64,000 nucleotides of DNA from the IMG/VR virus record IMGVR_UViG_3300023174_000037; one strand, given 5' to 3'. Position 1 is the stretch's first letter. Each line of letters starts with the position of its first letter. Below are positions 56,432 through 64,000 of the stretch, one piece after another. The position numbers were made by a program, and so were the translations under genes. Origin of the DNA: a virus. Its lineage: Duplodnaviria > Caudoviricetes. The notes under the pieces are model-generated. The model was not told the DNA's origin, did not search any database, and was given only the letters and a program-made list of their open reading frames with translations.

Positions 56432-57549
56432 AATATACTTGCTAGCTCAGGCCATAATTGTTCAAAGCGACCTATCATACTAGAATGATATTTACTTTCA
56501 ATTTCAGCAATGTGATTTATAAATTCTGGTAAGACATTGTTATTGGCCTGCTGATGTCGGGATTCGGTCTCTTGTAAGAAGTTACGTTGGGCATGATCCA
56601 AATTGTGATTACTCAATACTTTTTGTAATTCTTTAAGAGCCAACTGTCTAACATCAGGTCCAAGTTGTAAGGGATCTAAATAGGCTGGATGATACAGGCT
56701 TTGCCAATGCACAGGCACATTGGCATCATGTGCCCAAGAAATCAATTCAGATAGTCTAGTAGCATTGTAAATGTTGTAAAGCGGATGTATGCCTAATCTA
56801 TGTCCTGAGCAGGCCTGTATTGCTTTGATGTTGCGTTCAATTTGATTCCATGTACCGCCATAGCGCACATATTCAAATCTATCGCCTGTGTTGTCAATGC
56901 TGATGTTCCAACCAACACGCTGACGTTCGGCCAGTTTGGCAAATATTTTGTTAGTGCTCAAGTCTACCCCAAGGTTGGTTATAACGTCAACTTGGCAATC
57001 CACAGGAATTGCATCCAACAAGCGTTCGTTTTCTTTCAGCAACAGGGGTTCGCCACCAATTAGAGCCACTTTCTTAATGTGGGCTTGATGCTGTTCAAGA
57101 TAGTCGCATACCTGGTCTGAGTAGGGTCTAGTGCCCGACTGCACTGATAACTGTTTTAAACTGGCCCACTGACTGCTGCTGTGTTCATTGCAATAGTTAC
57201 AGCTGAAATTGCAAGTGGTGTTCCAGCGTATATCAATCAGCACCGGATGATGTTCTGTATCTGTGGCTTGGCCGGCATCAAAGCCAGGATTTATTCTGTT
57301 GTGCCAATCACGTTCGCTACGACCATAACGCTCGGCCTGCACACAATTGTGGCAATACTGGGCATGTGGGCGGCCTTCACGCAGGGTTTGTCTGACTTCT
57401 TGTAGGGCAGAGCCGTGTAGAATCTCCTCAATAGTTTGGCTGTTTAAGTTGCCCAACATATTAGGATCACCTGCACAACAGGTTTTGACACTGCCTTGTG
57501 GATTGATGTGCAAGCCCCTCCATGGAGCTGCACACAAGAAGTTGCTCAT
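56428..57549 (-). CDS. radical SAM enzyme with an N-terminal twitch/SPASM-like domain
   Basis: LCAAPWRGLHINPQGSVKTCC...CHNC, then CNFSCNYC and GGEPLL. Confidence 0.9.
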   Translation of the reverse strand: MSNFLCAAPWRGLHINPQGSVKTCCAGDPNMLGNLNSQTIEEILHGSALQEVRQTLREGRPHAQYCHNCVQAERYGRSERDWHNRINPGFDAGQATDTEHHPVLIDIRWNTTCNFSCNYCNEHSSSQWASLKQLSVQSGTRPYSDQVCDYLEQHQAHIKKVALIGGEPLLLKENERLLDAIPVDCQVDVITNLGVDLSTNKIFAKLAERQRVGWNISIDNTGDRFEYVRYGGTWNQIERNIKAIQACSGHRLGIHPLYNIYNATRLSELISWAHDANVPVHWQSLYHPAYLDPLQLGPDVRQLALKELQKVLSNHNLDHAQRNFLQETESRHQQANNNVLPEFINHIAEIESKYHSSMIGRFEQLWPELASIL

Positions 57550-57571
57550 ACTGTAATTATGAGCGTCGGAG

Positions 57572-58282
57572 CTACTGCCCTAAATTAAACTGCATTCCAG
57601 TTGCTTGCTCTACTACAGCTATTGGCACTTGATACTTGGGTAAATCTGCCACAGGAAGTGGCGCATTTGGCATCAAGTATGCTTGAACATTACGACTATT
57701 CTTTTCAATAATAATTTTATACAGGCGTGTTGGAATGCCTAAGCCGTTGCCCACAACAGGATGTCCAGTATCAAATATACCGCCAGAAATAATGTAAAAA
57801 TCTGTGCCAGGAGCAGTTGCCCAGGTACGTTCCCAGGTTTCTAACTGTTTCCAAATGCCGCGGTTATTGTTGGCCACTTGTGCCACCATGTTGCTTAAGA
57901 AGAAACTCTCACTCATGATAGCATCGTTCTGTGTGTTGTTGCCAGCAGGTGCCATATGACCACGGTCATGTGTGCGGCCTACAGTAGCATAGTCAGCCAA
58001 TGTAGCACTGCATTCGGGAGTTACAGCTGGGTCTGGGCGGAAGTTGTCTTTGCGTTTGGCAGGACCGGTCATTGCGGCTACTGTTAAATGTTCAAACACT
58101 GCCACCGGTGCCTTGACACTACACCTATGGATCACAGCATAGTTTGTATGGCAAATTTCTTGATCACCTGGTTGAGGTTGATAATGCGGTGTGCCGTTGA
58201 CTGTAAACTGTGGGCATTGCTGATTGATTTGTGCCAGAGCCGCAAGTGGAACAAAGAGCAATACTAATAATAACTTTTTCAT
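57572..58282 (-). CDS. secreted DNA/RNA non-specific endonuclease (NucA type)
   Basis: Signal peptide MKKLLLVLLFVPLAALA; DRGH active site, SNMVAQ, NRGIWKQLE. Confidence 0.92.
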   Translation of the reverse strand: MKKLLLVLLFVPLAALAQINQQCPQFTVNGTPHYQPQPGDQEICHTNYAVIHRCSVKAPVAVFEHLTVAAMTGPAKRKDNFRPDPAVTPECSATLADYATVGRTHDRGHMAPAGNNTQNDAIMSESFFLSNMVAQVANNNRGIWKQLETWERTWATAPGTDFYIISGGIFDTGHPVVGNGLGIPTRLYKIIIEKNSRNVQAYLMPNAPLPVADLPKYQVPIAVVEQATGMQFNLGQ

Positions 58283-58665
58283 CTTGGATAGCCTTTGAAT
58301 GCCTTTACAGGGCTAGCTGTGTCCACAAACGCCGGCTCTACACTTTTAGCTGTGCTTACTAGATCCTTGCCGCCGGGTGTATCGGTCATAGACAAAGCCT
58401 GATCAATAATGGGTTCAATGCTGGCATTCATGCCAATCACAACGCCGTGTTCGCCAAATGCTGTTTGGGCCGTCCATTCAGGCATGTCTTTGGTCAAGCC
58501 ATCAGTTCCGGCATCACTTCTTGCACGAGCCATGGCCACTCCAAAACGATAATTTTTGTAAGGATCGGCTGCACTGAGCCCGGGAATCACAAAGGTATAA
58601 CGCATTGGCTCAGCAATTTCCGCTGGCAATTCACGTTGTTCTGTGATAAACTCACGAGCTCTCAT
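58279..58665 (-). CDS. putative internal head protein, paralog 1
   Basis: Begins MRAREFITE, ends SPVKAFKGYPR. Confidence 0.7.
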   Translation of the reverse strand: MRAREFITEQRELPAEIAEPMRYTFVIPGLSAADPYKNYRFGVAMARARSDAGTDGLTKDMPEWTAQTAFGEHGVVIGMNASIEPIIDQALSMTDTPGGKDLVSTAKSVEPAFVDTASPVKAFKGYPR

Positions 58666-59036
58666 CTTGGATACCCTTTGAATGCCTTTACAGGACTGTT
58701 GGTATAAGTTGAGTCTAATTCTTGACTGTCATTGTCACCATGATTCAGATCATAAGCCTCGCTGCCAGTAGCTTGCAATGCCTGCTTCAGCATAGCCGCT
58801 TCTTCGTCTGTGTAAGGGTGCGCTGTGTTGTAACGTCCAGCCCAACTTTCTGTGTCTAGATCCAATGGCTTTCCTGATCCATCAGCACGGGCCACTGCCA
58901 TCATCACACGATTTAATTCGTAGGTACGATCATACCCGCCAATGTCACGAAACTTGGTAAGTCCTCGAGTTCCAGCTTGACGACGGTTGCCAATCTTGCC
59001 AACATGTTTCTCTATTAGAAACTCTGAGGCTCGCAT
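58662..59036 (-). CDS. putative internal head protein, paralog 2
   Basis: Begins MRASEFLIE, ends SPVKAFKGYPR. Confidence 0.7.
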   Translation of the reverse strand: MRASEFLIEKHVGKIGNRRQAGTRGLTKFRDIGGYDRTYELNRVMMAVARADGSGKPLDLDTESWAGRYNTAHPYTDEEAAMLKQALQATGSEAYDLNHGDNDSQELDSTYTNSPVKAFKGYPR

Positions 59037-59038
59037 GA

Positions 59039-59521
59039 TTAACTGCCTTCGACTGCTGAGCTTGCTGTGCCAAGTTCTCTTGCGGTAAAATTACTACCAG
59101 TAATAGTTAATTTATTGCCGGCGCCCACATAAACTTGTTGGCGATTGTTAGCAGCCACTTGCACGTTGGCACTGTATAAGTTGCCTTGGTTGCCTGTGGT
59201 CAATGTGTATGAGCCGGTGCTGTTTGCTGTTGCATTGGCACTCATAACAAGGCTTTGGCCGTTGACTGCACTGATCACGGTGACTGTGTTGGCAACACCA
59301 GTGCCGGTTACAAATGTAGATCCAATCAATACTTGACTGGCGTTTGTTGAAATCATAACATTGCTAGCGGTTGTTACTGTACCAAGAATACCCACAGTAG
59401 GATTGCCTGCTTGCATGACATAGGTGTTGTAAGTTACAGCAGTATTACCTGTGACAATTTCGCATTTATCAGTATACCATACTGCATTTGATACTGCGGT
59501 GTAAACGTTTGCTTGAGCCAT
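59039..59521 (-). CDS. putative virion structural protein
   Basis: T/N/V/A-rich beta protein; start MAQAN. Confidence 0.65.
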   Translation of the reverse strand: MAQANVYTAVSNAVWYTDKCEIVTGNTAVTYNTYVMQAGNPTVGILGTVTTASNVMISTNASQVLIGSTFVTGTGVANTVTVISAVNGQSLVMSANATANSTGSYTLTTGNQGNLYSANVQVAANNRQQVYVGAGNKLTITGSNFTARELGTASSAVEGS

Positions 59522-59526
59522 TTTTA

Positions 59527-61650
59527 TTACCCTTTGTAATTTTGCCAAGTCTTGAACAAACTACGTTCAAGTGCAATTGACTCTTCCATACTGGCCTGCC
59601 GGCGCAATTGACTAGCAACAACCGGAACTGTTGTTTGTCCAGTTGACTTAGAACCATTCAATCCGCCCGAGTAAGTGCGGAGGTTAGGATCTGCATCTAA
59701 TGTTTCTGTGTTGGTTGGCCAGTCTGGTGCATTTTCATCAACAACTTCTGCACAACCACATGGACTACCACCGCATGATGGGCAAGGCTTAGGAATTTGA
59801 TTGTCAAGGCCGGCTAATTTTAACAACATCATTAACTTGGCTGCATCTTCGCCGTCGGCTTGTATAGTAATTCCTGGCTCCATGTTACCGTCGCCACATT
59901 CTTGCATCTTGGACTCGATAGAAATGCTTTCGTTTAGAGCCTGCGTGAATTGTCGGTTGTAGTTTTCGTAAACACCTTTGCCAAAAGTCATACCACCCTT
60001 GCTTGACTTGCCACTTGCAGTTGCAGTAGCTACGCTACCAGACACGGTTGTTTCGTCAACTTTTTCTTCTTTCTTATCGTCTTTCTTTTCTTTACGATCT
60101 TTCTTGTCATCGTACTCAATGTCTTTGGTAACTTTCTTGCCGGCCTTTTCAGCTCGGTTGTCGTCTTTACCTTTGTGACCTTCGTCGTATTCGATATCTT
60201 TGGCTACTTTCTTGCCGGCTTTCTCTGCCTTGGTATCTTCTTTGTCAGTAGACTCTTCATCCACTGCTGTTTTGCCTTTGGACATTACCTTGATTACTTT
60301 GGCAGCTTTTCTAGCCGCAGGAGCAAGTTTATCAAAGAATTCGCGCTTACCAGCTTCAACTTTTTGTTCGTCAAGTTCTGGTTCCATACCTTGTTCTGCA
60401 CCACGCTCGTGTGATGAAATAATGTAATCACTTACACTGGTCATCATGCCTTTGATCTGGCCAATTTTTTCAATTACCCAAGTTGGTAAATTTTCTGCGT
60501 CTCGTAAATGCTGTTCAAGTTTTTCTGCATGACGAATAACAGTGTGCAAAGAATCTTTGGTCATGTCGCCTTCTTGATCATACTCGCTGGGATTGTATCC
60601 TTCACTGCTCATGTTGCTAGGACGAGTCATCATAACGCCGTCGCTGTCGAGCCCTTCTTTGGTTTTTTCTTTCTTGACACGCTTGCCGTCAACAGCTTTG
60701 TATTTGTGACTGCCTTTGGTTACACGCTCTTCATCTTTTGATCTAGCAGATGGCGGACGTCCTTTTTTCTTAGGACCGTCGGATACCGCAGCTTTTTTCT
60801 TGTTCTTTAAGTTGCCATGCTCATCATAGTCATCGTCATTGCCGGTGTCGTCACGGTCACTACGATAGCCGTACTTTTTGTGACGGTTGCGTTCGCTTTC
60901 ACTGTCGGTATTGCTACCTTTCATTGAACCTTGTGCGCCTTTTAGCAATCTCATATCCAATTCTTTAAGTGGCAACTCTTTGCCGCCTACACGAATCTTC
61001 TCACCTTTTTGTATACCATCACGCTTGGCATCCACTACAGCTTTGCTAAATGCATTGCCTTCGTCAGTCATGCCCTGACTCTCGTCATACTTGTCGTACC
61101 GGTTGCGAATGTTGCTCATGGTCTTAGCACTGGCATTCTCACGACCAGCCTTTTGCAAGGCTTTCATACCCGCATCACCGTATTTCTTTTTGCCAATGGC
61201 TGCTTGAAATGCTGATTCTTCCATGTTGTTACATTCACATGGTGAGCAATCACAAGCAGGACACATGCCTTCTTCGAGATTGCTGGTATCTTTAAATGTC
61301 TTGTCGCCTAATTTAAAACTGCCACCTTTTGGTGTTTTGGCCAATGCACCAGTAAATGCATTACCTTCTTCCATGTCGCCTTCTTCAACTTGACCTTTGG
61401 CTCGCATCTTTGCCAACTGTGCGCCGGCAATACGGGCACCTTTTTCACCACCGCCTGTTTTCTTGGCCAACGCTGCAAAACCTGTAGTAGCATTGTTGTG
61501 CTTGCCTAGGTCACGCTCATTAAGTGCTTGTGCCAATGAACCCTTCTTGGGTGTCTGAGGAACAGCAGCCGAATGCTCTGCAAGATGTTGAGCATCTTGC
61601 TTGTCAGCCAGTTGAGCCAATCGTTTGTTTAGGTCGTAAAAAAATGTCAT
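59527..61650 (-). CDS. Lys/Glu-rich putative internal head protein
   Basis: Many x-x-E-(G/S) motifs; duplicated AEKAGKKV(A/T)KDIEYD; start MTFFY behind AGAGGA. Confidence 0.7.
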   Translation of the reverse strand: MTFFYDLNKRLAQLADKQDAQHLAEHSAAVPQTPKKGSLAQALNERDLGKHNNATTGFAALAKKTGGGEKGARIAGAQLAKMRAKGQVEEGDMEEGNAFTGALAKTPKGGSFKLGDKTFKDTSNLEEGMCPACDCSPCECNNMEESAFQAAIGKKKYGDAGMKALQKAGRENASAKTMSNIRNRYDKYDESQGMTDEGNAFSKAVVDAKRDGIQKGEKIRVGGKELPLKELDMRLLKGAQGSMKGSNTDSESERNRHKKYGYRSDRDDTGNDDDYDEHGNLKNKKKAAVSDGPKKKGRPPSARSKDEERVTKGSHKYKAVDGKRVKKEKTKEGLDSDGVMMTRPSNMSSEGYNPSEYDQEGDMTKDSLHTVIRHAEKLEQHLRDAENLPTWVIEKIGQIKGMMTSVSDYIISSHERGAEQGMEPELDEQKVEAGKREFFDKLAPAARKAAKVIKVMSKGKTAVDEESTDKEDTKAEKAGKKVAKDIEYDEGHKGKDDNRAEKAGKKVTKDIEYDDKKDRKEKKDDKKEEKVDETTVSGSVATATASGKSSKGGMTFGKGVYENYNRQFTQALNESISIESKMQECGDGNMEPGITIQADGEDAAKLMMLLKLAGLDNQIPKPCPSCGGSPCGCAEVVDENAPDWPTNTETLDADPNLRTYSGGLNGSKSTGQTTVPVVASQLRRQASMEESIALERSLFKTWQNYKG

Positions 61651-61654
61651 TGTA

Positions 61655-62263
61655 TTATCCTCTTGGGTTGGCACCAGTTGCTGGACGTGGTGGGCGTTTT
61701 ATTTTAGTCATTGGACTTGTGTTGTCCATTGGAAAATCGTTTGTTGTTTTTGCAGGGGGTGTCTTGCCACCGGCCACAGTAAAGTCACTACGATATGCGT
61801 TCTTCAATACAGCATGTTTATTGTATGGAGCACTGTAATCTTTAATCAGAGCTTTTTGTTCTGCATCGGGTGCAGGGTAATCTGTGTCCGTCAATAGGTT
61901 TTTATTTTCAGCTTCTACTCGTTCACGCTCACTATCCATACCATCTTCGTGTGGCACAGTCAACATGATAATACGATTTGGATCTAAGAACAACAGCTGA
62001 GCAATTTCTTTGATCTGCGGCTCAATTGCTGGATATCGAAATTCTACATCCATGCTGGTCACGCTGTCGTTGCTGTGCTTAGGAAAATCAGCCGGTTTAA
62101 GCTGTACCGGAGTAGTCCGTGGCTTGGTGATTTTTACAACATCAAACTGTTTGAGTCGTTCTTCCAACTGTTTGATAAAATCAGGTGCAACATCACCTAC
62201 AATTTTAATTCTGTAATTGTAAGTTCTTTCGCTTTCTGCGAGGTATTGTTGAAAATTTTTCAT
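61655..62263 (-). CDS. putative head-associated protein
   Basis: N-terminus MKNFQQYLAE; TAAATA at 62282-62287. Confidence 0.7.
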   Translation of the reverse strand: MKNFQQYLAESERTYNYRIKIVGDVAPDFIKQLEERLKQFDVVKITKPRTTPVQLKPADFPKHSNDSVTSMDVEFRYPAIEPQIKEIAQLLFLDPNRIIMLTVPHEDGMDSERERVEAENKNLLTDTDYPAPDAEQKALIKDYSAPYNKHAVLKNAYRSDFTVAGGKTPPAKTTNDFPMDNTSPMTKIKRPPRPATGANPRG

Positions 62264-62284
62264 CTTAGTATCCCTATATGATAT

Positions 62285-62773
62285 TTATGCTTTGATATTG
62301 TTTTGTGAGCTTGTGGCTATCAAGCGTTCAAGCAAATCATTGCGACTCAACACCTGCCCGTGTGCTGTAGGCATTGCTTCTTCGGGTGCATTACGCTGTT
62401 GGTCTTGATCCATTTTTAACTTTTTTAACTGCAAATCAACCATTTTTAACTTTTTGTTCAACTTGGTTGTTTTGGCTGTTAACGCATGTCCTAGCATACT
62501 GCTAGCCACAGCAAAGATTTCACTGGCATATCGGCTATCCACATTCATGCCCAAATCCATTAGATCATTGAATGTTTCTTGTGCTTTTGAAGCAAGTTCA
62601 TCAAGTTCTCGATCGCCGGTATCCAAGTCACGAACTGTGGGCAGGGCCGCATCAATTTTATCTATAGTGGCATCCAATTCGGCTATCTGAGTGCGTGTTT
62701 CTTCAGCTGTGGGATTGTCTTCAGCGGTTTCTGAAGGAGGGAAATCAAAAAGTTCTTCCAATTTTCTAGTCAT
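62285..62773 (-). CDS. probable terminase small subunit (gp16-like)
   Basis: Helical core with NVDSRYASEIFAVASSML and C-terminal SRNDLL, resembling gp16 from memory; adjacent to gp4. Confidence 0.5.
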   Translation of the reverse strand: MTRKLEELFDFPPSETAEDNPTAEETRTQIAELDATIDKIDAALPTVRDLDTGDRELDELASKAQETFNDLMDLGMNVDSRYASEIFAVASSMLGHALTAKTTKLNKKLKMVDLQLKKLKMDQDQQRNAPEEAMPTAHGQVLSRNDLLERLIATSSQNNIKA

Positions 62774-62802
62774 ACCATATTTACCGTCGGTATGTTAGTC
62801 TA

Positions 62803-63237
62803 TTATTTCTTGCCGCCTTGATGGTAAATCATGTCTTCGTTAATGACCCTGAATGTAAGCCCGTTGCGTTTGGCCCATTTAGTAGCAGCATCCCACTTGG
62901 CGTAGTTTAATGCCACCACAGCCCGGTCGCGATCCGATGCTCGGCTTTCAAGTAGACTTTGTTTCTTGGGCTTGATTTCAATCAGTTCAGCAATGGTGGT
63001 GTTGTTGCGCCCACGATAGGTCACTAAAAAATCTGGGATATAAACGCTTTGTTTGCCAGTGAGCGGATTACGATATGGTATACGAATACTTTCACTGGCC
63101 CATTGCAGCACGTTGTCATTGCTGTCCAAGAACATCATAAAAGTAAGTTCCCACCCAGATCTGTATTTAGGAGTTCCTTTGCCAACATACTTGGCTGCAT
63201 TCTTTACTGTGTATGGGCCTTGGCGGAAGTTTGGCAT
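62803..63237 (-). CDS. head completion nuclease (gp4-like, TnsA fold)
   Basis: KYVG...YRSGWE...WASE...IPY...YIPDF...EIKPKKQ...KWDAA. Confidence 0.92.
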   Translation of the reverse strand: MPNFRQGPYTVKNAAKYVGKGTPKYRSGWELTFMMFLDSNDNVLQWASESIRIPYRNPLTGKQSVYIPDFLVTYRGRNNTTIAELIEIKPKKQSLLESRASDRDRAVVALNYAKWDAATKWAKRNGLTFRVINEDMIYHQGGKK

Positions 63238-63239
63238 AG

Positions 63240-63605
63240 TTACGCCCTGACGTTTCTTGCTGTGTAAAAGTTAGGTGTAGATGGTGACAGCACACCCAAC
63301 AAAGTAGAAGGGCTACGTATGGTGTTGAGATAGTAGGCCATCAGTATGGTCACTTGCGGTTCACTGGATCCGTTTTCTTGAAATGTTTGTAACAAATCCA
63401 ACGCATTGGTATCGCTAAACTCTGCCACTCTAAATAAACTGCTGGTCATATTTTGTGCGGCAGCATCAGTCTTAAACACGCTTCTAAAGTAGCTCAATAC
63501 TGCATCAAACTCAGTGGCAGGTATGTTTGCATCATAATTGTAAAATTGATCAAAAATTCTAACAGTCTGATCAATTGAATAGTTAATAGCATTAACTGTG
63601 GTCAC
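63240..63605 (-). CDS. hypothetical protein, structural region
   Basis: 121-aa ORF. Confidence 0.7.
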   Translation of the reverse strand: MTTVNAINYSIDQTVRIFDQFYNYDANIPATEFDAVLSYFRSVFKTDAAAQNMTSSLFRVAEFSDTNALDLLQTFQENGSSEPQVTILMAYYLNTIRSPSTLLGVLSPSTPNFYTARNVRA

Positions 63606-63607
63606 GG

Positions 63608-64000
63608 TTAACCTCCTCCAGATATGCTGGGATTAAATCCGGGTGTTCTAGTTGACACTGGTGGTGTAGGAAAGAATATACCACCACTGCTGGTAGTCAC
63701 TGGTTGAGTAGGTATACCCAACGGCGAGCTCAACGGACTTGAACCTGCACCTCGAATTATTCCAGGCAATGCACCACGAATAGTATTGTTAACAGCCTGT
63801 TTAACATCTGCGTTGGCCACACTTCTAAGGTTGACGTTTTTAAATGTGTTGTATGCTGTTGCAGCTTTTTGTGTTGCACCAATCAATCCGCCAACTCCAC
63901 CACTTTGCAAATCTTGCACAATACCAATGCCAGCGTCAAGCAGGCCGCCTTGTCCTAACACAGTCTGTGTGCTGCCGGGTCTGGCCAATGAGCTTGGTAC
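63608..64000 (-). CDS. C-terminal part of a putative structural protein, partial
   Basis: Frame is open to the window end; the track start at 63988 is an internal TTG. Confidence 0.6.
   Translation of the reverse strand, partial: VPSSLARPGSTQTVLGQGGLLDAGIGIVQDLQSGGVGGLIGATQKAATAYNTFKNVNLRSVANADVKQAVNNTIRGALPGIIRGAGSSPLSSPLGIPTQPVTTSSGGIFFPTPPVSTRTPGFNPSISGGG

Noticed and set aside
25025-57549. Radical SAM genes as viperin, NrdG or QueE
   Set aside because: The twitch-like architecture does not fit those families, and no nrdD or other 7-deazaguanine pathway genes are in the window.
1926-63267. The many short plus-strand and alternate-frame ORFs in the track (e.g. 3151..3513, 9019..9405, 34807..35193, 51047..51460)
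   Set aside because: They lie antisense to or inside well-supported genes and lack SD sequences and motifs, so they are shadow ORFs. Only 608..1399 and 37794..38171 are accepted on the plus strand.
1-64000. CRISPR array, tRNA, rRNA or tmRNA
   Set aside because: Intergenic gaps are short; no regularly spaced repeat-spacer pattern or cloverleaf was seen by eye. tRNAscan/ARAGORN would confirm.
1-64000. Stop-codon reassignment as in some jumbo phages
   Set aside because: Core genes are full length in code 11, and TAA, TAG and TGA all end genes.
1-64000. Prophage, bacterial chromosome or eukaryotic giant-virus origin, suggested by iscU, clpX, rpsU and BI-1
   Set aside because: The host-like genes are embedded among T4-type core genes with SD sites and sigma70/late promoters; no integrase or att site is seen.

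Overview
A 64-kb internal segment of a large T4-like (myovirus-type, probably jumbo-class) lytic dsDNA bacteriophage genome, read in standard code 11, densely coding and almost entirely on the minus strand. Core T4-superfamily genes recognisable from motifs: gp4 head completion, gp17 large terminase, probable gp16, gp32 SSB, UvsX/RecA, UvsY, UvsW-like helicase, gp41 helicase, primase, probable gp62, DNA ligase, NrdAB with glutaredoxin, dCMP deaminase, PAAR spike tip and a beta-helix tail spike. Accessory content is rich. There is a proteostasis/translation block (ClpS, Hsp20, ribosomal protein bS21, ClpX, a YccA/BI-1 membrane protein) and Fe-S supply genes (IscA, IscU, a CDGSH-like protein). 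Five radical SAM enzymes are scattered among core genes, together with an SDR, a methyltransferase, a sulfotransferase-like protein and a cytidylyltransferase-cupin fusion. Also present are a 194-aa miniature DnaE-like protein, a Pol-beta nucleotidyltransferase fused to a ligase-like domain, a signal-peptide NucA-type nuclease, and head-internal proteins with T4-like capsid-targeting and Glu cleavage motifs. Two promoter classes are visible: sigma70 TTGAC-N17-TATAAT and a T4 late-like TAAATA box. The host is inferred, not shown, to be a proteobacterium, possibly a betaproteobacterium. No tRNA, rRNA, CRISPR array, integrase or intein was found by eye. Family calls come from motif recognition without database searches.
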